From assembly GCA_963674595.2 (NCBI GenBank), contig CAXXFV010000016.1, forward strand, positions 608,001-672,000: a stretch of 64,000 nucleotides of DNA, in the 5' to 3' direction. The notes under the pieces were generated by a model. The model worked only from the letters and a program-made list of their open reading frames with translations. It ran no database searches and was not told the origin of the DNA. Below, one piece after another: positions 20,904 through 29,455 of the stretch. The position numbers and the translations under genes are program-made. How positions within the stretch are numbered: the first letter of the stretch is position 1; each line of letters begins with the position of its first letter. The stretch is from a bacterium (GTDB lineage Bacteria; Zhuqueibacterota; Zhuqueibacteria; Residuimicrobiales; Krinioviventaceae).

Positions 20904-23900
20904 ATGTTTAAAAAGGTGGTGTTAACAATTTTGGCTTCACTCTGTTTTGTATATGTGTCAGTGGCACAACAAATTGGTGATACTAAATTTTTATGGACAC
21001 ACAATTTTCAGTTTTTTCAATATGAATATAAAATTGGTGCAACCCTACAAGAAACCGGTAGTCATTGTGATATCTGGGTAGAAAATCCAAATATAACAGC
21101 AATTACCATTGATTATGCAAATAGCTATATTTATGTAGGAACTTTTAATACAGGTATTTTTCGGAGAAATTTGAATTCTACCGAATGGGAAAAATTTTCT
21201 GCCGGTATCCCTGCCAGCTTAAGAGTGCCTGGAACGACATCAACAATTCATGATATGATTATGACCGATGATAATACCGTTCTAGCTGCTGCTGATGAAG
21301 GATTATATTATTTGGTTACAGGTACGGATCGTTGGAGAAGAGCTGATATAACCACTCCTGTCTTTTCGCTGTGTAAAACAGAGAATGGCATTTTTGCCGG
21401 TTTGGGTGGATATACTTTTAAACAAACCGGTGACGATGATGATGAAGATGGTGATGTTGACATTGATATGGGAGCATTTTTCAGTAGCGATAATGGTCGC
21501 ACCTGGCAAGAAAAAAACTATGGTTTCCCTGTTGACAATGATAATGAACATTTGGCCATACGTGATATAGCATATTCTAATGGTGTTTTGTATGCATCAA
21601 CTGATGCCGGAATGTTTATATCAAATAATAACGGAAATCATTGGGAAGGCATTGAACGGGAAATTTCACTTTCCAAAGCAAATGTTAAAGTAAAAATAAC
21701 TGATTCTTCGCTTGATGAAGACCAAATGGCAAACTTGGGGAAATCATTCGGCGCTGGTTGGGAAAAAATGATTGCCGCTGAAGGTATCAGTAAAGAAGAC
21801 TCTATCGTTGTCGTTGAGTATGATTCACTTGGTAATTTCGTGAGAAAATGGCTTTGCCCTGCTGCTGATATTCTTACTACAGATACACGTTATCAGGTCC
21901 GTAATATGGAAGGTATTGTTGGTGATGAAGGAAAATTTACTGCAAAATTAAATCCATATACAATATCTGGTGGTGATGGTTCTTTATCTAACTATTCAAT
22001 ACTGGATGTCAATAATTTTAAATACCGTGGTGAAAGCGGATATGCTACAGTTGTTGACCCACAGAACCAATTGTTGCTGCTTGTATCCTATCCTGAAAAT
22101 CCAAGTTATGAAGTTGGTGGACGATTTATTACAGTTACCTATGTTAATGATGGGGATACTTTGGTATGGGTAGAACAATCATCGACATTACGTGGTATCA
22201 ATAAAGATAAAAAAGGTATTATTATCAGCAATGATAATTTAGTCAAGGGCAATCCAGTTGATAATTATGATTTGTTAAATGAAGCTGACATTATTGCTCA
22301 AATGAAGGCTACAACGGCAAGTGGTCTGTTTTTTACATCAATGGCCGGCAGAGGGCAAATACTTTATGGTGGTAATGAAAATGGTGTATATAAAACAGAA
22401 AACGGCGGTAAGGACTGGGTCCTTTATGGGTCCAGCGTAGAAGGTTTGGAAAATACCGATGTTCAAAGTTTGCTCGTTAATGAAAGCGGTGTTTTGTATG
22501 CTGGTACAATTGATGGTGTTTTTTCCAATCCTGCTGATGGAGCGATTTGGACGCCTGCTACAGAAATTGATGACGAAGCAAATATAAATTGTTTGTTTTT
22601 CGGTAATAATGCATTATACGCAGGAACACAACTGGGTTTGTTTAGTACATCGGATAATGGCTTGACTTGGCAAACTGACAACAGACATTTGACGTCGTTT
22701 ATTGAAAATGATGAGATTGTGCAAATATTAGATGCAATCGAAAATTCTACTCCGGATTTTCCGGACCAGGGTATTTATTCGGTTATAACAAGTAATTTGG
22801 GCGCTGAAAACATTCCAGACAGTGACAATAATTCTAAAGTCAATATTGTTATTCATGATATTCAGGACAAAGGACAAAATTATAACAATACCTCAAATGG
22901 TAAAAATGGTATCACTGCGGTAGCCGGTTATATCCGGCCGGAAGACAAAAGCCCGATCGGAAAATCAAATAAAGGTGAATATGTTTATATAGATTCACAC
23001 GAAGTTACAACAGATGAAAAAGCTGGAGCCGTTGCCCACCAGTTGATAAGAATGATTGTAGTAAACAAGGATTATAACGAAGAAAGATGGGTTGTTGAAG
23101 GTCTTTCTTATATTGGTGACCGACTTTGTGGTTATCCTTTACCCACGGCCATGCCGGATTTTCAAAGTTTAACTGGCGCCAACAAGGTTTTTTCTCTTAT
23201 TAGTGGGACTGCCCTCAGTCCGTGGGAAGTTGACCCTGAAAAAGGTCAGATTGTAAATCGTTTAACGATGGTGTCCATGTTTTTTAATTATTTATATGAA
23301 AATTTTGGAGGTCTGGACCTTTTTAAAAACATTATAAATGAACAGGAAAACGGATGGATTGGCGTTCAAAATGCCATGACTGATGGTGTTAAATTTTCCG
23401 ATATTTATGCCGCATGGGCTATAACAAACTGTATTAATGATGTAAATCAAACAGATCCAACAACCGGGGCTAAATTAGGTTATGAAAATCAGGTTTATTC
23501 AAATGTTTTAAACAGGTACATGGAAGAAAAAATTATTGGGATGAATTCCGGAGCTATCTTTGGACACAACTCTTCCATGAGTGCTTATAAGGAATATAAA
23601 GTAAATTGGGAGTATAAAGATGGATTAAATAACTGGGCCTATTTCATTCGATACTTTTTTCCTGATCCTGCAATAAATGACCCTGCTCAATCTGTTATAA
23701 ACTATTGGGATAAAGATAAGGTTACAGGTGAACCGATAACCTATCGTCTTAACGCTGCTGATGACGCTCAAATCAGGGTTCAGTTAATAAAAGTTAAGGG
23801 AGATGGCAGTAAAGATGTTGAAGATTTAACCCCGACCTTTAATGAAGAAAAAGAATTAGAGTTTAATGTTCTGTCTAAATATGAACCCAATAGTGATAAA

Positions 23901-25022
23901 ACAGAACTTAAATATCACCACATGTTCATTATTATGAGCAATCAGGACTCATTGGGAAAAGCTGCAAAACTTATTCAAGTTAAAGACGTTGCTGCCCCTG
24001 AAGTAAATTACAATATCGTTCATAATCCCATGTACCCTGAATTTATTGATTTTTATGTCTCTACTAATGAACGTATTTTTAAAGATGTTAATGTGTTTGA
24101 AAAACCAACAACAGATGTTATCTTTTTTACCGATACAACCACTATAGATATGGAACTTTTTGATGTTGCAAAGGATGCTAACAACCAGCCTGTGACTTAT
24201 ATTTATAATGGTCGTTACCATATAGAACAAAGTGCAAATTTGACCATGCGAATACGAAAGTTACAGGATTTAGGCGGAAATGACGCTAGTATGATTTCAT
24301 TTCCATTAACCATTGAAGAAGTAACTTCTGCAAGTAAAAAATCGCTTGCCAGCGCGGATAAAAACATTTTTGTCGAAATACCTCAGGGTGCTGTTACTAA
24401 AAAAGTACCTGTAACACTGTCTGCTGTTTCAGCTCAATTTGATGCTGCTGAAGAAAAAATCGATCCTGATTTATTTGTAGGTAAAACCTATCAGATTGGG
24501 CCGCAAGCACTAAATTTGGAAAAAAATGCCATATTAACATTTAAGTATGATGATACGGATTTGAATGAGATTGAAGAAGAAGATTTGGGACTTTACCAAA
24601 AAGAGGGCAAAGAGTGGATAAGAGTTAAAGCTTTTCAAGATACGAAGGAAAATTGTTTTAAAGCATCCATCAGCCAGCTTGGTGTATTTAGTATTATGAA
24701 GAACAGCGTTGGAGCTGATACGGAATTGGATAATTTACTGCCAACGACCTTTGCTTTATCTCAAAATTATCCGAATCCATTTAATCCGACAACAGAAATT
24801 CAATACCAGGTCCCTGAAAAAAATCATGTTAGCATTAAAGTTTTTAACATAAGTGGTCAATTGGTAAAAACTTTGGTTAACACAGCAAAAGATGCCGGAA
24901 GTTTTACGGTCAAATGGGACGGACGAGATCAAGCAGGTTTTCAACTGCCAAGTGGTGTATACATGTATGAAATGAAAGCGGGTAGCTTTATTCAAAATAA
25001 AAAAATGTTGCTCATAAAATAA
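20904..25022 (+). CDS. Secreted multidomain protein: M30-like metallopeptidase fold with degenerate Zn motif, inserted BNR propeller, ZU5-like domain, T9SS-type CTD
   Basis: ATL..G.HC.IWVE; DSDNNSKVNIVIHDIQD; AGY..D..SN.GEYVYID; AHQLIRMI; EERWVVEGLS; SSDNGRTW repeats; VEIPQGAV; FALSQNYPNPFNP..KKMLLIK. Confidence 0.72.
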   Translation: MFKKVVLTILASLCFVYVSVAQQIGDTKFLWTHNFQFFQYEYKIGATLQETGSHCDIWVENPNITAITIDYANSYIYVGTFNTGIFRRNLNSTEWEKFSAGIPASLRVPGTTSTIHDMIMTDDNTVLAAADEGLYYLVTGTDRWRRADITTPVFSLCKTENGIFAGLGGYTFKQTGDDDDEDGDVDIDMGAFFSSDNGRTWQEKNYGFPVDNDNEHLAIRDIAYSNGVLYASTDAGMFISNNNGNHWEGIEREISLSKANVKVKITDSSLDEDQMANLGKSFGAGWEKMIAAEGISKEDSIVVVEYDSLGNFVRKWLCPAADILTTDTRYQVRNMEGIVGDEGKFTAKLNPYTISGGDGSLSNYSILDVNNFKYRGESGYATVVDPQNQLLLLVSYPENPSYEVGGRFITVTYVNDGDTLVWVEQSSTLRGINKDKKGIIISNDNLVKGNPVDNYDLLNEADIIAQMKATTASGLFFTSMAGRGQILYGGNENGVYKTENGGKDWVLYGSSVEGLENTDVQSLLVNESGVLYAGTIDGVFSNPADGAIWTPATEIDDEANINCLFFGNNALYAGTQLGLFSTSDNGLTWQTDNRHLTSFIENDEIVQILDAIENSTPDFPDQGIYSVITSNLGAENIPDSDNNSKVNIVIHDIQDKGQNYNNTSNGKNGITAVAGYIRPEDKSPIGKSNKGEYVYIDSHEVTTDEKAGAVAHQLIRMIVVNKDYNEERWVVEGLSYIGDRLCGYPLPTAMPDFQSLTGANKVFSLISGTALSPWEVDPEKGQIVNRLTMVSMFFNYLYENFGGLDLFKNIINEQENGWIGVQNAMTDGVKFSDIYAAWAITNCINDVNQTDPTTGAKLGYENQVYSNVLNRYMEEKIIGMNSGAIFGHNSSMSAYKEYKVNWEYKDGLNNWAYFIRYFFPDPAINDPAQSVINYWDKDKVTGEPITYRLNAADDAQIRVQLIKVKGDGSKDVEDLTPTFNEEKELEFNVLSKYEPNSDKTELKYHHMFIIMSNQDSLGKAAKLIQVKDVAAPEVNYNIVHNPMYPEFIDFYVSTNERIFKDVNVFEKPTTDVIFFTDTTTIDMELFDVAKDANNQPVTYIYNGRYHIEQSANLTMRIRKLQDLGGNDASMISFPLTIEEVTSASKKSLASADKNIFVEIPQGAVTKKVPVTLSAVSAQFDAAEEKIDPDLFVGKTYQIGPQALNLEKNAILTFKYDDTDLNEIEEEDLGLYQKEGKEWIRVKAFQDTKENCFKASISQLGVFSIMKNSVGADTELDNLLPTTFALSQNYPNPFNPTTEIQYQVPEKNHVSIKVFNISGQLVKTLVNTAKDAGSFTVKWDGRDQAGFQLPSGVYMYEMKAGSFIQNKKMLLIK

Positions 25023-25086
25023 GTGTGGTATTATAATGAAAAAAACAGATTTTGGCAGGAACGCTTTTTATATAAAGGAGGCTTTA

Positions 25087-26403
25087 ATGACTAGCTCTTC
25101 AATCAGGCCGGCACTGAAATGGAATGTTTTAGGATTGTTAGTACTTTGTTTAACTTTCTTTCTGTTCTCTGCTTGTACAAAAGAGTCTGATGATATTCCG
25201 ACGACAGCTGAGAGTGTAAGTTCATTGCTTAATGAAGGATGGGATGCTTTTCAGCAGGGTGATTATTCTCTGGCCATCTCAAAATTTGAGGAAACAATTA
25301 AAAGAAATGTCGATCCCCAATTATCAATCGATGCTTACAGAGGATTGGGTTGGACGTACAGCCGACTTGAAAATTATACACAGGCCATTACCAATTTTAA
25401 TTTTGTGATTAGCTTGGAAGCGGTTCGATCCGGAAAAAGGCCTGTAAAAACGATGGAAAAAGTAGAGGCCCATGCCGTTGCTGATACAAGCGCACCCGGT
25501 ATTAATGGTAATTGGCAACTTTCGACTGATGAAATTATTATCTCGCTCGATAAAATTGAAAGTTACGATGCTAGAAATGAACATAATTTGGGTGCTGCTC
25601 CTGCTTATTTAATTGCAGCGGGTACTCGTTCGGTTAATTTACCAAAAACTGAAATTAGTAACAGCCAGGGAACTGACATTGGATCAGCTTTGGATAACTC
25701 TATAACATTTGAGCCTGACAGTTTTTCTATCCCTGTTGCTACGCCTGAAGAAGTTACATCTTATGAAAAGTTTTATATTGATACCCAAAAAGGAATAATT
25801 GAAATTTTCCCAAGAATTAATGATCTTGAATTTATAAATGCAACATATACATACCATGAAAAAGGTTATCAGATAGATCGTACTGATATGCAATTTATCG
25901 TTTTGGATGATTCGTTGGAGAATTTGTCGAAAACACCGGCAGACGAGACCGGTGACCTTTATTATGCAAACGGCAAGTTTTATAATAAATATAGCCCTGA
26001 AGATGAAACTTCAGGAGGAACTTACCTGCAATGTGATGCCTATGCCGGAATGGCCTCTTCTTATTTAGCCCAGGGAGATTATGCATCGGCTATTGCTTCT
26101 GCTCGCTCAGTGTTGTATATCAATCAGGATTTAAAAGTTTTAGATGCTGAAAATTATCCATATCAACGCACTTTATACGATGGTGACAACTCTTATAATA
26201 TGTGGGATGTCTATAAATTGTTGGCGATGGCTTACTATAACAGTAAAGATTATTTAGGCGCTGAAAAATGTTTGGAAATTTTTCTATCATTTGGTGATGT
26301 TTGTGATAATGCATCGTCCGATTTTTATATGACTATATTAACTAAAATATCTACAACACCACAAGATGAACCAACTGGTTGGACAAGTACGGATTTATGG
26401 TAA
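25087..26403 (+). CDS. TPR-containing lipoprotein
   Basis: Lipobox LFSAC; TPR-like helices EGWDAFQQGDYSLAISKFE, DAYRGLGWTY and DAYAGMASSY. ATG 25087 follows AAGGAGG; the ORF is open from 25036. Confidence 0.75.
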   Translation: MTSSSIRPALKWNVLGLLVLCLTFFLFSACTKESDDIPTTAESVSSLLNEGWDAFQQGDYSLAISKFEETIKRNVDPQLSIDAYRGLGWTYSRLENYTQAITNFNFVISLEAVRSGKRPVKTMEKVEAHAVADTSAPGINGNWQLSTDEIIISLDKIESYDARNEHNLGAAPAYLIAAGTRSVNLPKTEISNSQGTDIGSALDNSITFEPDSFSIPVATPEEVTSYEKFYIDTQKGIIEIFPRINDLEFINATYTYHEKGYQIDRTDMQFIVLDDSLENLSKTPADETGDLYYANGKFYNKYSPEDETSGGTYLQCDAYAGMASSYLAQGDYASAIASARSVLYINQDLKVLDAENYPYQRTLYDGDNSYNMWDVYKLLAMAYYNSKDYLGAEKCLEIFLSFGDVCDNASSDFYMTILTKISTTPQDEPTGWTSTDLW

Positions 26404-26419
26404 TATTTAAATATTCTTG

Positions 26420-26447
26420 TTGACTTTTTTTAATTTTGCTTTATATT
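26420..26447 (+). promoter_or_regulatory. Putative sigma70-type promoter
   Basis: TTGACT-16 bp-TATATT in the intergenic region before the 26609 gene. Confidence 0.55.
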
Positions 26448-26608
26448 GATTAAATACGAATGTTCTTTGTTTAAAATTTTTAAACGGAATGAAGGAGGTG
26501 ATATTAAAGCTAATAGCAAATGCAGTTACTATTTATGTTAAATCGAGGGTCCTCAAACAAAGGCCTGTAAATCATTACTTCTGTTCCTCATTTTAGCAGG
26601 AGGCATTT

Positions 26609-29365
26609 ATGAGCATCAAAAAAAGTTTTCTTTTATTATTTTTAATTTTTGCATTGGTAGTTTCAATTACAACCGTGCAAGCAGAGCAAACAGTACTTAA
26701 TCGATATGAATTAGGTAAATACGAATCAAATGGTCTCGACTATACCAAACCAGGTGGTATTGTTATCGGACCTGCCATGCCAAGAGCTTTCTTTTACGGC
26801 GGCCGTCATTCTGCTCGAACATCTGATGGCATATTACACGTATCCTGGGAAAATCCAACATACGATTTTCCATTTTATGCCCATTCACTCGATGCCCTTG
26901 GTTTGGCATGGACTGAACCAATGAACATCCCCGCAACTGCTGGTTTTGATAATCTTGACCGTTGTTTGATGGCAAAATTGTCAGTAGACCCGACAAATGA
27001 TGATATTTATTTGTTACCGGCCCCACGTGTTGTTGGTGGTGTTTGGAGAACACAACTGACTCGTTCAACTGATGGTGGCGATACATGGTGCCCTTTTATG
27101 GACTTGGGTAATAAAATTGGTGTCCCGGTTGCTGAAGTTTCCTGGGCAACAATGGCACTTGGAACTGACCGTGTTTTGCATATAACTTATGCAAGAAATA
27201 ACCAGGACATGTTCTATACTAGAACTGATCTTTCTGCTGCAGACGGCCAAGCCGATCTTTCCAATTTGGTTTTTACAAAAGCAAATGGCGATCCAGGTCA
27301 GGAAGCTATTAGTTTTGTACCAAGTGGTGTTGTTTTTCAGGGTACAATAGTACTTGATAGAAATAATGATCCTCATATTATTTTCTCAGGTGACGGTGGA
27401 TCCGATACATTTGGTGATAAAACACCTTACCATATCTATTACAAGACTGCCGCTGCTGCATGGGGCCCCATTCCTCCAACACGTCTGCAAGCTGAGTTGG
27501 AAGAGTGCTGGGGTATGCCTGAAATGGTTTTTGATCAAAACAATCGCGGCTTTTATTTCATGGATAATTCTCCTGGTGATTTTGATTTCGGTACATGGGA
27601 ACCACCAGTTGACCCAAATAGTGCAACCGATTTTGGAACTTTAAATAATGGTTTGGGCTTTGAAGGTGCTGTTAGCTTGAACGTCGAAACTTTTCCAAGC
27701 ATCGTAGTTACAGATGACGATGATTTAATGCTGCCAAATGCCGATATTGATGATGAAAATGATGTTTTATATCTTGTCGGTAACACAAACAGTTACGCTA
27801 ATACCATGGGTTCTGGTGGTGATATCGTTGTTTTAAAAATTGACAACGTATCTACCTTAACCGGAACAGATCCGATTAATATGCCGTGGGAATTACATCG
27901 CTGGATTACACGTGATGGGATTTCTCCTCTGGGTGATGTTGGTGCCGATGTTGTTTACGATCCTGCATCAACAACTTTGGATATTTTCTGGTCAGGTGCC
28001 GGTGCAGGCGACAATAATGCACAGTATTTTGACGGAACATCCATTCAGCCAAATGTTGATGCCAAACCTCAAATTCTTGATATTGGTATTGATAATGTTG
28101 AACCAAAACCTTTCCATAAAGGTGATGAGATTGTAATTAAAGGTGTTGTTAAAAACAATGGTAAAAATGCTTTAGGACCTGTACCTGTTACTGTTGATGT
28201 CCTCGATTCCAATAATAATGTATTGTGGACAAAATCAATGAGCACACCTCCACTGCTTAAAGATCAGGTTACAAGTGAAATGATCTTTGGTTCATGGGTT
28301 GTTGAAGGTGAAAAACAAGACTATAGCGTAGTCATTTCCACAAATTATGCTGGTGATGAAGCCACATATAATGACGTTGTTGGTGCTGGTTTTTATGCCT
28401 ATCCTGATCCCGATGATGCAATCGCTTCTCAGGATTTCCAGGATTATTTAAATATTGATGCTGATGGCGACCATGTAGGCTTTGAATTTCCAACATGGAC
28501 ACCAAAACAAACGATTAACCAGGACCTGGATATCGGTGGCTGGACTGTTGTCGATAGCTCAGACGGCGAAGAATTTGATTATTATAACGGCTGGTTGTTA
28601 TCCGACGATGATGTTGCTAATGAAATAGGCGCCTATTTACGTCATATGAATGGTACACGTAATGACACCACCTTTGGTGACATGCCGACTGGTACACCTC
28701 CTCAACCACAAAATGAACTGCTTTTCAGCCCGGTATGGGATATTCCTGCCGGCGACAACAATTTGTTTATCGAGTTTACCACAAATATCGGTGGAACAGA
28801 TGGCGAGGAAAACTATCCGATTTATGCCAGTGTCGATATGACTGTAGACGGCGGAGCAACATGGCTTCCTGTTGTTTCCTGGATGAAAGAAAATCCTGGT
28901 CCGGCAGATTATATCGATTTAGATAAAGCCTTCTATTCTTATGACATTACTGCTGAGGCAGGTGCTGCTGCTAATGTTCAATTCAGATACTGGTGGAAAA
29001 ACCCCAACAACGAAGGTAGCTTTGCTACATGGTTTGTTGACAATGTTTACCTTATCCGAAGAGATGCAGGTACTGCTGTTGGACAAGAAGTTGTTGTAGC
29101 CAATCAATTCAATTTGTCCCAAAATTATCCTAATCCTTTTAACCCCGCTACTGAAATTTCCTTTACAGTAGAACAAACCGGCAAAGCTGACCTTGTTATC
29201 TTTAATGTAACAGGTCAGGAAGTTGCTCGCTTGGTACATGGTATTGTTACGGCTGGAACACACAAAGTCCGTTTTGATGCATCACATTTGCCAACAGGTG
29301 TTTATTTCTACAAACTGACTACCGAGAATAAAGTCGATGTCAAGAAAATGGCATTAATTAAATAA
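26609..29365 (+). CDS. Secreted protein with BNR-type propeller, CARDB/Ig-like and jelly-roll (cleaved-adhesin-like) domains and T9SS-type CTD
   Basis: Signal peptide ending VQA; RSTDGGDTW; VKNNGKN..ND Ig-like segment; LFSP.WD..DGGATW..WFVDNV; FNLSQNYPNPFNP..KKMALIK. Confidence 0.75.
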   Translation: MSIKKSFLLLFLIFALVVSITTVQAEQTVLNRYELGKYESNGLDYTKPGGIVIGPAMPRAFFYGGRHSARTSDGILHVSWENPTYDFPFYAHSLDALGLAWTEPMNIPATAGFDNLDRCLMAKLSVDPTNDDIYLLPAPRVVGGVWRTQLTRSTDGGDTWCPFMDLGNKIGVPVAEVSWATMALGTDRVLHITYARNNQDMFYTRTDLSAADGQADLSNLVFTKANGDPGQEAISFVPSGVVFQGTIVLDRNNDPHIIFSGDGGSDTFGDKTPYHIYYKTAAAAWGPIPPTRLQAELEECWGMPEMVFDQNNRGFYFMDNSPGDFDFGTWEPPVDPNSATDFGTLNNGLGFEGAVSLNVETFPSIVVTDDDDLMLPNADIDDENDVLYLVGNTNSYANTMGSGGDIVVLKIDNVSTLTGTDPINMPWELHRWITRDGISPLGDVGADVVYDPASTTLDIFWSGAGAGDNNAQYFDGTSIQPNVDAKPQILDIGIDNVEPKPFHKGDEIVIKGVVKNNGKNALGPVPVTVDVLDSNNNVLWTKSMSTPPLLKDQVTSEMIFGSWVVEGEKQDYSVVISTNYAGDEATYNDVVGAGFYAYPDPDDAIASQDFQDYLNIDADGDHVGFEFPTWTPKQTINQDLDIGGWTVVDSSDGEEFDYYNGWLLSDDDVANEIGAYLRHMNGTRNDTTFGDMPTGTPPQPQNELLFSPVWDIPAGDNNLFIEFTTNIGGTDGEENYPIYASVDMTVDGGATWLPVVSWMKENPGPADYIDLDKAFYSYDITAEAGAAANVQFRYWWKNPNNEGSFATWFVDNVYLIRRDAGTAVGQEVVVANQFNLSQNYPNPFNPATEISFTVEQTGKADLVIFNVTGQEVARLVHGIVTAGTHKVRFDASHLPTGVYFYKLTTENKVDVKKMALIK

Positions 29366-29373
29366 TGTTTTTT

Positions 29374-29410
29374 GAGCGGTGCAATTTTTTGCTGCACCGC
29401 TCTTTTCTCT
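29374..29410 (+). terminator. Rho-independent terminator-like hairpin
   Basis: GAGCGGTGCA / TGCACCGCTC 10-bp stem followed by TTTTCTCT. Confidence 0.7.
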
Positions 29411-29455
29411 CCTTTTTTAATAAACTGAAAAAATTGTATTCTTAAGGAGAACAAT

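Noticed and set aside
14229-26403. Classical SusC/SusD polysaccharide utilisation locus
   Set aside because: The TBDR lacks SusC-type signatures that I can recognise, and there is no SusD-like gene, CAZyme or sensor-regulator in the cassette.
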